From: Crocinitomicaceae bacterium
GTDB taxonomy: Bacteria; Bacteroidota; Bacteroidia; Flavobacteriales_D; Crocinitomicaceae
DNA length: 57,794 nt
Direction of reading: 5' to 3'
NCBI GenBank assembly: GCA_045105095.1
Contig: JBGCDF010000302.1
Coordinates: forward strand, 1-57,794
Shown here: positions 37,759 through 46,268 of the stretch, one piece after another
How the letters are laid out: the number at the start of each line of letters is the position of its first letter
How positions within the stretch are numbered: the first letter of the stretch is position 1
Made by a program: the position numbers and the translations under genes
Notes under the pieces: generated by a model
What the model was told of the DNA's origin: nothing
Database searches by the model: none
Seen by the model: the letters and a program-made list of their open reading frames with translations, nothing else

Positions 37759-40700
37759 TTATGCCTTCACCAAGCCAATCTTCGCGTCTTCCGCTTCGAC
37801 CAAATCAGTTACTAAAGCTTCACCACCCAACGACTCGAATTGAACATCGTTTGCTAGTACTTCGTTGCATACGTAATCTTTGTTAGCCAAAATTGCGCTC
37901 TGAACCAATTCGTTGGTATCCACCTTCAACAAGATGCGATCGGTTACTTCCAAACCAGAATCTTTACGCAAGTTTTGAACTCTGTTCACCAACTCACGAG
38001 CAATTCCTTCGGACTTCAATTCTTCCGATAATGTCACATCGAGAGCAACGGTAAGATTTCCGTCTGAACTTACTGTCCAACCTGGGATATCCTGAGCAAC
38101 AATTTCGAAATCGTTTAGATCCAATTCGATGGCTACACCATCTACTTCACCAGACCAACCTTGATTCGCCTCGATGGCAGAAATATCATCCACAGAGAAC
38201 CCTCTTACCATAGCAGCAATGGATTTCATTTGCTTTCCGTACTTCGGCCCGATTGTTTTGAAATTTGGCTTAATAGACTTGACCAGTACATCATTATCAT
38301 GACCCAGAATCTCTAATTCTTTCACGTTCACTTCGGCGAGGATCAAATCCTTCACGTGCAATAAATTGGCTGCGAATGTATCATCCAATGCAGGAACCAT
38401 AATTTTCTGAAGTGGTTGACGAACACGCAAGTTTTCTTTCTTACGCAATCCGAGCACCATTGAAGATGTTCGCTGAGCGATTTGCATTTGCGCCTCTAAT
38501 TCTTCGTTCACACAATTCGTATCTACTAGAGGAAAATCCGCTAAGTGCACAGAATCTGTTGTTCCATTCAAATCTTGATACAGTTGATCTAGGTAGAATG
38601 GTGCAATCGGCGATCCAATGATGGCAATCGTGTTCAAACAAGTGTGTAAGGTTTGATACGCTGCGATTTTATCTTCTGTCATTTCGCCTACCCAGAAACG
38701 TTTTCTACACAAACGAACGTACCAGTTGGATAAGTGATCACCAACAAATTCTTGGATCAAACGTCCCGCTTTTGTTGGCTCATACGCCGAAAATGCTTCG
38801 TCGACATCCGCTATTAATGAGTTCAATTTTGAGAGTACCCAGCGATCGATTTCCGTTTGGTGATCCGTTTTGTGCTGTTGTGCGTCAAACCCATCAATGT
38901 TCGCGTAAAGCGCAAAAAATGAGTACGTGTTATACAATGTTCCGAAGAACTTACGTTGTACTTCAGCAATTCCATCAACATCAAACTTGAGGTTATCCCA
39001 AGGTTGAGCATTCGTAATCATGTACCAACGAGTCGCGTCTGCTCCATATTTGTTCAAGGTTTCGAAAGGATCTACTCCATTTCCTAAACGCTTTGACATT
39101 TTCAAACCGTTCTTATCTAAAACGAGTCCATTTGAAACTACATTTTTGTAAGCCACTGAATCGAACACCATTGTTGCGATAGCATGAAGTGTGTAGAACC
39201 AACCACGTGTTTGATCGACACCTTCAGCAATGAAATCCGCAGGATAACCTTCACGGTTTTCAACGAGTTCTTTGTTCTCGAATGGGTAATGCCATTGAGC
39301 GTAAGGCATGGAACCTGAATCGAACCAAACGTCGATCAAATCAGCTTCGCGCTTCATTGGTTTTCCACTACTTGAGATAAGGATTACCTCATCCATGTAA
39401 TTTTTGTGGAAATCAACTTTTGCATAGTTCTCATCTGACATGTCACCTACTACGAAATCAGCCAATGGATTTTTCTCCATCAAGCCTGCGGCAACTGATT
39501 TTTCACATTCTGTTTTCAACTGCTCCGCAGAAGAGATACAGATCTGCTCATCTCCTTCTTCCGTTCTCCAGATAGGAATTGGAATTCCCCAGTAACGTGA
39601 TCGCGACAAGTTCCAATCGTTGGCATTCTCCAACCATTTTCCAAATCGACCAGTTCCTGTTGATTCTGGTTTCCAGTTGATCGTATCGTTCAACTCCATC
39701 ATTCGCTCGCGCTTCTCAGTCACTTTAATGAACCAAGAATCGAGTGGATAGTACAAAACAGGTTTGTCTGTTCTCCAGCAGTGCGGGTAACTGTGAACGT
39801 ATTTCTCCACACGGAAAGCCTTATTTTCAATCTTTAATTTGATTGCCAATTGAACATCGGCAGACTTCTCTGGAGCATCTCCGTCGGTGTAATATTCATT
39901 CTTGACATACATTCCCGCAAATTCTCCCATCTCTGGACGGAATCTACCTTGTAAATCAACCAATGGAACAGCATTTCCTTTATCATCTTCCACAAGAAGT
40001 CCAGGAACACCTGCATCTTTCGCTACTTTGGCATCGTCTGCACCAAACGTAGGAGCTGTGTGCACGATTCCTGTTCCGTCTTCCGTTGTTACGAAATCAC
40101 CTGTGATTACCTGAAATGCTTTGTCTGCATCTTCCATTGGAAGCGCAAATGGCAATAATTGCTCGTATTTCAAACCAGCCAAATCAGCACCGATGCATTC
40201 TCCGATGATTGAATAAGGAATCTTCTTGTCGCCAGCATTGTAATTCGCAAAGTCCTCATCAGACTCAGCTAAAACGTATGGCTTTTTAAATTGATATCCG
40301 ACCAAATTTTTCGCAAGAACGACATTGCTCGGCTCGAAAGTATATTGATTGAACGTTTTAACTAGAACATACTCGATTTTTGGTCCAACTGTCAGTGCAG
40401 TATTTGACGGAAGCGTCCATGGAGTAGTCGTCCAGGCCATGAAATGCATTTCAGCTCCGCTTACTTCGACTCCGCTCAGCAAGCTAGAAGGAAGTTGTTG
40501 ACCTTTGATCATTTTGAATTGAGCAACAACCGTTGTATCTGTCACATCGCGGTAACAACCTGGTTGGTTAATTTCATGAGATGACAATCCAGTTCCCGCT
40601 TTTGGCGAGTACGGTTGGATTGTGTATCCTTTGTACATCAAATCTTTGTTGTACAATTGTCCGAGCAACCACCAAACGGATTCCATGTATTTAGAATCGT

Positions 40701-41169
40701 ACGTGATGTACGGATCATCCATGTCCACCCAGTATCCCATTTTTTGGGTAAGGTCGTTCCAAATATCTGTGTAGCGCATTACCGCTTTCTTACAGGCATC
40801 ATTATATTCTTCAACGGAAATTTTCTTCCCAATATCTTCTTTTGTGATTCCGAGTTCTTTCTCTACACCTAGCTCAACAGGAAGTCCGTGTGTATCCCAT
40901 CCTGCTTTACGTTTTACTTGAAAACCTTTGAGTGTTTTGTAGCGACAGAAAATATCCTTAATCGAGCGTCCCATAGCATGGTGAATTCCAGGAAGTCCGT
41001 TCGCTGACGGCGGCCCTTCGAAGAAAATAAACGGTTTTTGACCTTCGCGTTTTTCAACGGATTGTTCAAAAACGCGCTCGCGCTCCCAGTGTTCCAAAAC
41101 ACGGCTTGCTACATTTGGCAAGTTTAATCCGCTGTATGTAGGGTATTTAACTACGTCTGTTTGACTCAT
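37759..41169 (-). CDS. ileS: Isoleucine--tRNA ligase (type 2, long Bacteroidota form)
   Basis: About 1136 aa from ATG 41169 (MSQTDVVKYP..). HIGH-type motif PPSANGLPGIHHAMGR, KMSKRLGN, and a CP1 editing domain (WTTTPWTLPSNTAL). Confidence 0.95.
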   Translation of the reverse strand: MSQTDVVKYPTYSGLNLPNVASRVLEHWERERVFEQSVEKREGQKPFIFFEGPPSANGLPGIHHAMGRSIKDIFCRYKTLKGFQVKRKAGWDTHGLPVELGVEKELGITKEDIGKKISVEEYNDACKKAVMRYTDIWNDLTQKMGYWVDMDDPYITYDSKYMESVWWLLGQLYNKDLMYKGYTIQPYSPKAGTGLSSHEINQPGCYRDVTDTTVVAQFKMIKGQQLPSSLLSGVEVSGAEMHFMAWTTTPWTLPSNTALTVGPKIEYVLVKTFNQYTFEPSNVVLAKNLVGYQFKKPYVLAESDEDFANYNAGDKKIPYSIIGECIGADLAGLKYEQLLPFALPMEDADKAFQVITGDFVTTEDGTGIVHTAPTFGADDAKVAKDAGVPGLLVEDDKGNAVPLVDLQGRFRPEMGEFAGMYVKNEYYTDGDAPEKSADVQLAIKLKIENKAFRVEKYVHSYPHCWRTDKPVLYYPLDSWFIKVTEKRERMMELNDTINWKPESTGTGRFGKWLENANDWNLSRSRYWGIPIPIWRTEEGDEQICISSAEQLKTECEKSVAAGLMEKNPLADFVVGDMSDENYAKVDFHKNYMDEVILISSSGKPMKREADLIDVWFDSGSMPYAQWHYPFENKELVENREGYPADFIAEGVDQTRGWFYTLHAIATMVFDSVAYKNVVSNGLVLDKNGLKMSKRLGNGVDPFETLNKYGADATRWYMITNAQPWDNLKFDVDGIAEVQRKFFGTLYNTYSFFALYANIDGFDAQQHKTDHQTEIDRWVLSKLNSLIADVDEAFSAYEPTKAGRLIQEFVGDHLSNWYVRLCRKRFWVGEMTEDKIAAYQTLHTCLNTIAIIGSPIAPFYLDQLYQDLNGTTDSVHLADFPLVDTNCVNEELEAQMQIAQRTSSMVLGLRKKENLRVRQPLQKIMVPALDDTFAANLLHVKDLILAEVNVKELEILGHDNDVLVKSIKPNFKTIGPKYGKQMKSIAAMVRGFSVDDISAIEANQGWSGEVDGVAIELDLNDFEIVAQDIPGWTVSSDGNLTVALDVTLSEELKSEGIARELVNRVQNLRKDSGLEVTDRILLKVDTNELVQSAILANKDYVCNEVLANDVQFESLGGEALVTDLVEAEDAKIGLVKA

Positions 41170-41377
41170 TTTCTCACTATTTTGAAGGGACAAAGTTAGT
41201 GAATTGTAAGGGATTGACCTACCTATAGAAATGGGAAGTTGAAGAAGGTTGAAAGGCCGCCAAGACCTTTTGATTATATCACCTTAAGATTCGAACTTTC
41301 CATTCACAACTTTTTCTCATTTTGGAGAAGTTAAATTCGTAGGTTTAGTGCTGATTTTAACAAAAAAAATAACTACC

Positions 41378-41944
41378 ATGAAAAAGAAACTACTAGTCTT
41401 ATTCGTATCGATGTTGTGTTTAACATCGTTTAATCAGTCAAACGCACAAGAAAGTTTTATCGGAGAAGTAAAAATGTTCGCAGGAAACTATGCTCCGCGC
41501 AGTTGGATGAAATGTGAAGGACAACTTCTACAGGTCTCCCAGTATTCTGCACTGTTTTCCATTCTTGGGACGCAATATGGTGGAGATGGAAGAACAACCT
41601 TTGCTCTCACAGATATGCGAGGTCGTGTAGCCATGGGAACCGGGAATGGGAATGGTCTGAGTCCATCAGAAATAGGACAGATGAAAGGACAAGAAACAAC
41701 GACTTTGACAATTAACAACCTGCCTACACACACCCATTCTGTGGAAGGAGAACAGAGTGAACCTGCAGAGGTTCAATTACCTGTTGATCGTGATGCACCT
41801 CGAGTTGTAGTAAACCATCCTACAGGAGCATCTCCACAACAAACATCTGTTACCGGGAATAACACTGCTGTCAACAACATGCAACCATCACTTTCAATTA
41901 CATACATTATTTGTGTAGAAGGTATCTATCCCTCACGGAATTAG
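41378..41944 (+). CDS. Phage tail collar domain protein (MdpB/microcystin-dependent-protein-like) with a signal peptide
   Basis: MKKKLLVLFVSMLCLTSFNQSNAQ, then FIGEVKMFAGNYAPRSWMKCEGQLLQVSQYSALFSILGTQYGGDGRTTFALTDMRGRVAMG (Collar domain signature). Confidence 0.8.
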   Translation: MKKKLLVLFVSMLCLTSFNQSNAQESFIGEVKMFAGNYAPRSWMKCEGQLLQVSQYSALFSILGTQYGGDGRTTFALTDMRGRVAMGTGNGNGLSPSEIGQMKGQETTTLTINNLPTHTHSVEGEQSEPAEVQLPVDRDAPRVVVNHPTGASPQQTSVTGNNTAVNNMQPSLSITYIICVEGIYPSRN

Positions 41945-41965
41945 ACAAGAAATTAAGTCAACCTG

Positions 41966-42003
41966 AAAAGGCGCCTGAATCCAATCAGGCGCCTTTTTTT
42001 GTT
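41966..42003 (+). terminator. Rho-independent terminator
   Basis: AAAAGGCGCCTGA (41966-41978) pairs with TCAGGCGCCTTTT (41986-41998), followed by a T-run to 42003. Confidence 0.85.
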
Positions 42004-42129
42004 TCCCTTTTTGCATATCCCTACCAATTTGGTAGGAATTCAAGAATGTTGAAAATAGCCGGGAAAGGATACAAAGACTGCTACGATCGAAATAGAGAAT
42101 AGAATGATTTAATCATCAAAAATAATCTC

Positions 42130-42399
42130 TCATGAAAAAAACACCAGAATTTCTATTCGATTAGCTCTGACTCTATAAAGAAAGGAATTGTGTTTTTCTA
42201 TGACAGCCTCAAACACACTCTTTTTCTTTTTGGATTGTTCGCAGCTATTTGGGAAAAGTGCGACTTGATTGATCTTTTCATTAACTGACCTTTCAAACTC
42301 AACACGCACCCTTTCCGTCCACTCTTCATTCAAATACTCGATTATTTTCAGATATTGCATCCGAGCCGTTGGAGAAACTATGACTTCGAGCTTCTTCAT
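42130..42399 (-). CDS. Type II toxin, RelE/ParE superfamily
   Basis: 89 aa. MKKLEVIVSPTARMQYLKIIEYLNEEW...FEAVIEKHNSFLYRVRANRIEILVFF is a typical ParE-like pattern. There is a 4-nt ATGA overlap with the upstream gene. Confidence 0.7.
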   Translation of the reverse strand: MKKLEVIVSPTARMQYLKIIEYLNEEWTERVRVEFERSVNEKINQVALFPNSCEQSKKKKSVFEAVIEKHNSFLYRVRANRIEILVFFS

Positions 42400-42614
42400 T
42401 CAACCGAAGCTCTGAACTCATCCCAGTTCATTCCTTTTCCAGCATTTAGTTCTTTGATAGCCTGATTGACTTCATCCTGTTGATCAAGGGTAAGTTCATC
42501 CCAAAAATCCGAGGTTTCGCCTTTTATTAAATCGCTAATGCGACGAATAATTTGAGGGTTCTCAATACCCAGAATAAGCCGCATTAATTCGATTTTCCTT
42601 GTTTGGATATCCAT
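42396..42614 (-). CDS. Putative antitoxin / addiction-module component (TIGR02574-like)
   Basis: 72 aa. ..DFWDELTLDQQDEVNQAIKELNAGKGMNWDEFRASVE resembles the 'LSxEQkaEldrR..e...g..isWeEvk' addiction-module component. It is translationally coupled to the toxin. Confidence 0.55.
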   Translation of the reverse strand: MDIQTRKIELMRLILGIENPQIIRRISDLIKGETSDFWDELTLDQQDEVNQAIKELNAGKGMNWDEFRASVE

Positions 42615-42689
42615 AGTTCAAATAAAAATAAACAATTCTGATCAGAAATTCGAATACTTCGCACAAGCTATTCCCATCGCTTACAGCCG

Positions 42690-44654
42690 TTAATATCTCT
42701 GTAAGACGACCTTGCCAGTTATCCATTTATCCTCATGCAAATACCTTATGAGATAGATTCCCGTTACGTACTGACTCAGATCAAATTGGTACACGCGATC
42801 TTTCTCCAATTTCTTAATCGACTGAAGCAATTTTCCTGTCAAATCAGTCAAAAATAACTCTTCAATATCCGTGTCTGCTTTCACGTTAATGATTCCATTC
42901 GTTGGATTTGGATAGTACGACCATGTTACTTCTGGACGCTCATCTGGATTGTTGATGTTGTTCGGATCCCTCGGATTTGTATCAGTCGTATCAGTCGTTG
43001 TTGTATCCATTACAGGAACTGAACTCACCAAAGAATCAGGGTAATCGAGATCCAAATCCGGGATGTTCTGCTCGCAATCAGGCATGTACGTGTAACTCTT
43101 CACGATTCTCACAAGAATATCGTTGAATGTTTCCACTTCGTACTCGTCTGTACTTGGTTCGATGTGTGAATTTCCAATTCCACTGTGATCGGTCAGGAAG
43201 GTATACGTTCCATTCGTTGCAATAGCCATTGTACGCATCAAATATTCCGTCGTTTTATTGATCCCACTGGCACCAACGGGAACAATTCGAATACCTTTTT
43301 CAGCTGCTTTTCGTGTAAGTTCATTCAATTTCTTACGATTGGCTTCTGTATTGTGTGGAGGTGCATCCAAAATCAAAAAGAGGATACGCGTTCGCGCTTC
43401 TTCGTTCCAGCTTAAGTCATTAATTGCTTTGTCCAAAGCGGCTTCAACGGCTTCTTCGTAATCTCCACCACCACTGGCGCGTTGTTCGTTGATAAACTGC
43501 ACTGATTTCGATAATACTCGGTCAAAATCCATCTCCTTGGTCAAGTATTCTTCTCTTCCTTCATCGCGGTAGAAAACGTTCGCAAAGTGAAAGTTCAGTG
43601 TAGAACTAATTTGTTTTGATTTGAAGATGATATCGTTCATTTCTTTTTTCAAATAATTCAACTCATCTCCCATCGATCCTGTAGCATCCACTACAAATGC
43701 GATATCGACGTTATTCATTTCTGAACATTCCACGTCCATCATCAAATGATTCACTCCATCTTCGAAAGGTGTTACGTTCTTTACCACTTTTGTCTTCCCC
43801 TGATACTTTACTTCAATTGAAAGTCCTGAGCGCTTTACTTCCTTACCTGTCGTTGTGTACCACAATTCTGCTTTACCGGTGTTATCCGTTCTGGCAGCGT
43901 AAATTTGTTTTGTACGATTTGCCATTAAACGAACAATTGCATCTGCAAGTGGTAATCCCGATTGACTTCGTAGCTCAAGCGTATATCTTCCCTTAGGAGC
44001 AATTTGCCAACTGTCTGCGTAGGACTTCAACTCAGACGCTGTGATATCCTGCCACATTTTCCACTTCGAATAATCATTGATTTCGCCTGCTGTTAGTGCT
44101 CCGCTTCTTGAACCATCAATAGTCGAACCTGAGCCTAACTTTCCACCACCGTCATAATCACTAGCTACAAAACCACTAGAAATTCCTTCAGAGTGATACA
44201 CGGGAGCTTTCGATTTTTTTCTGCGCGTTTTTGAACTTCTTCCAATACCGCCTACAGATCTCACAGAAACGGATTCAACCGACATAGGCTCGCTGTCGCT
44301 TACATAAATTGATTCTATTTCTTCTCTTGCTATTTTTGGTGCCATCGGTTTCGTTGGATCAGCCTTCATCTCAAAATCGGCCACCTCATCTGATTTCACC
44401 CGAATCTCTTTTGTAATTGGCACATGATCTGCATAGTTGATCACACATTGATACGTTCCTGTATCAAGAGCGACATTAAAGTTTCCAAAATTGTCAGTTA
44501 GAACAGAAGCGACTAACTTCTCATTCTGATAGATGTCCACATTTCCATATCCTAGAGCGTCTTCCGTTGATACAGAAGATAAATTTCCTCTTAAGGATTG
44601 AGCTGAAAGTGAAAGTGTTCCCAAAAGGAAGCAAAAAGTAATAATCAAACGCAT
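42690..44654 (-). CDS. T9SS cargo: CarboxypepD_reg-like N-domain, von Willebrand factor A domain, T9SS C-terminal domain
   Basis: Signal peptide MRLIITFCFLLGTLSLSAQ. GNVDIYQNEKLVASVLTDNFGNFNVALDTGTY. MIDAS-like VDIAFVVDATGSMGDE. C-terminal YYPNPTNGIINVKA...GIYLIRYLHEDKWITGKVVLQRY. Confidence 0.8.
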   Translation of the reverse strand: MRLIITFCFLLGTLSLSAQSLRGNLSSVSTEDALGYGNVDIYQNEKLVASVLTDNFGNFNVALDTGTYQCVINYADHVPITKEIRVKSDEVADFEMKADPTKPMAPKIAREEIESIYVSDSEPMSVESVSVRSVGGIGRSSKTRRKKSKAPVYHSEGISSGFVASDYDGGGKLGSGSTIDGSRSGALTAGEINDYSKWKMWQDITASELKSYADSWQIAPKGRYTLELRSQSGLPLADAIVRLMANRTKQIYAARTDNTGKAELWYTTTGKEVKRSGLSIEVKYQGKTKVVKNVTPFEDGVNHLMMDVECSEMNNVDIAFVVDATGSMGDELNYLKKEMNDIIFKSKQISSTLNFHFANVFYRDEGREEYLTKEMDFDRVLSKSVQFINEQRASGGGDYEEAVEAALDKAINDLSWNEEARTRILFLILDAPPHNTEANRKKLNELTRKAAEKGIRIVPVGASGINKTTEYLMRTMAIATNGTYTFLTDHSGIGNSHIEPSTDEYEVETFNDILVRIVKSYTYMPDCEQNIPDLDLDYPDSLVSSVPVMDTTTTDTTDTNPRDPNNINNPDERPEVTWSYYPNPTNGIINVKADTDIEELFLTDLTGKLLQSIKKLEKDRVYQFDLSQYVTGIYLIRYLHEDKWITGKVVLQRY

Positions 44655-44735
44655 AGTAAATGATTTTAGGTTTGTATGGTGCTGTACAGATCAGATGCGA
44701 ATACGTTCATTTTTCCATAGAATTACTCTTCATTC

Positions 44736-44768
44736 ACAAAAAAGGACCGCTCCAAAGAAGCGATCCTA
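44736..44768 (-). terminator. Rho-independent terminator of the 44790-45962 gene
   Basis: The minus strand reads AGGATCGCTTCTTTGGAGCGGTCCT (9-bp stem with one G-U pair), followed by TTTTTGTG. Confidence 0.6.
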
Positions 44769-44789
44769 ATTGATTCAAAGAAAGACCAA

Positions 44790-45962
44790 TTAATGTCGAA
44801 TTTCCACTTTTCGTGTAAATGAACTTCCGTCAGTAGTGCTTACTCTCAAGAAATACATCCCTGGTAAAACACTCGATACATCAAGCTGCTGAGTATTGAC
44901 TTCCTCCAACACTACTTGCCCTGACATTGTTAATAGCATAACGTGCTCCACTTCCGTTCCCTGTTTTTCTAAGAACAATAGGTTGTTTGCTGGATTCGGA
45001 AAAACCTTTACTTCGAACTCTTGTGGTTCGCTCTCAGTATCTCCCAATGACTTTGGTCCCATAAACCCTCCTGAAGTTATGGTAACATATTTAGTCGCCG
45101 AAACAGGCACCCCACAACTTGTTCCGGATAATGTGACGTATCCACTTCCACTGCTCGGTACAAGAAATACCTGAGACGATACGCCGTAATCTTCAGTTAC
45201 AACCCAAGATGAAGGTGCACTCCATGTTCCTCCCACTAAATTCTGTGTGTTTATACCAAAGTATTCGTTGTGTGAATTTCCGCTTACTATCGAACTCCCA
45301 ACAATAGATGGCTGAACTACTCCAAACTGAACTGTTTTCGATCCATATTGACTCGAGATAGTACAATTCGCACCGTTCGCACGCACTGCAAACACTAAAT
45401 TACTCAACTGCCCTGAAGATGGAGCCGTGACATTGACTGATAACGAATTAACTGTAACTAAGTTCGACCCTCCGTTTATTGACCATCCATTCGGAACAAA
45501 ATAGGTATAGCTTACGGCACCAGGAACTGCAGAAATTGACATTGTTTTCGTTTCATTTGCACAAAAATGTCCTGCTACTTGGATACTCGGCTTTGCCAAT
45601 GGGCCGCTTCCTATCTGAACGGATACGTTTTGATATACAGGAACTTCTGTAACAGAAATTCCACCGAAAGGTGACATGCTAACTCTTTGGCAAGTTCCGC
45701 TAAAAGTAACACTACCATAGCCCGGAATTGAACCCCATTGAACGAACGTACTGCCTGAAGAAGAAGTGGTTGCAAATGAATTGGGTTTTGAAATTGTCCA
45801 AGTTCCTGTGCAAGTACCCCCTTGCGGATCATACATAGAATAATTCCCTGAACCGCCACAATTGACCGATGTGGGGCCTATTATAATTTGCCCCCAGCTA
45901 AAGGAATTGATGAATAGCGCTAAGAACATTAAAAAAAACTGTTTGTAAATAGAATAAATCAT
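44790..45962 (-). CDS. T9SS cargo protein with Ig-like repeats, function unknown
   Basis: Signal peptide ..FLMFLALFINSFSWGQ. C-terminal VKVFPNPANNLLFLEK...GMYFLRVSTTDGSSFTRKVEIRH. Confidence 0.65.
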   Translation of the reverse strand: MIYSIYKQFFLMFLALFINSFSWGQIIIGPTSVNCGGSGNYSMYDPQGGTCTGTWTISKPNSFATTSSSGSTFVQWGSIPGYGSVTFSGTCQRVSMSPFGGISVTEVPVYQNVSVQIGSGPLAKPSIQVAGHFCANETKTMSISAVPGAVSYTYFVPNGWSINGGSNLVTVNSLSVNVTAPSSGQLSNLVFAVRANGANCTISSQYGSKTVQFGVVQPSIVGSSIVSGNSHNEYFGINTQNLVGGTWSAPSSWVVTEDYGVSSQVFLVPSSGSGYVTLSGTSCGVPVSATKYVTITSGGFMGPKSLGDTESEPQEFEVKVFPNPANNLLFLEKQGTEVEHVMLLTMSGQVVLEEVNTQQLDVSSVLPGMYFLRVSTTDGSSFTRKVEIRH

Positions 45963-46222
45963 AATGGTTATTTTTATTTGTTTCCATTTAATACACTCAT
46001 AAAACTCTGTTTTTGAGATATATAGATTTCAAATGCATTATCAATTATACATTCCTTCTCGTAAATCTGCCTCCTTTTTAAGAAGGTTGAATGGTTCATC
46101 CTTAGGTTGAGCGGTTCGTTAGCGACAGTAATGCGATTCATAAAGCAATCCTTTTACTCATGTCTAAAAGTTCCCCAACATTCGTTAAAATTGTACATTT
46201 GTAAAATAAGCAGGCGAAAAAC

Positions 46223-46253
46223 TTGTTCTTGCGAGGATGATCGATTACATTTG
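46223..46253 (+). promoter_or_regulatory. Candidate Bacteroidota-type promoter for dxs (TTG-N20-TACATTTG)
   Basis: TTG at 46223-46225 and TACATTTG at 46246-46253. A second TACATTTG is at 46194-46201. The promoter sits inside the track's N-terminal ORF extension, supporting ATG 46269 as the start. Confidence 0.4.
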
Positions 46254-46268
46254 TTTTGTTTAACATTT

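Noticed and set aside
34092-42614. A prophage spanning the amidase (endolysin-like), tail-collar protein and TA module
   Set aside because: The intervening genes are a T9SS cargo gene and essential ileS. No integrase, terminase, capsid, portal, holin or att-like repeats were seen. The phage-like genes are isolated singletons.
46107-46268. 54-codon N-terminal extension of dxs in the ORF track
   Set aside because: The extension starts at a non-ATG codon, is Cys/Lys-rich and unlike DXS N-termini, and contains promoter-like TACATTTG boxes. ATG 46269 gives a canonical DXS N-terminus.
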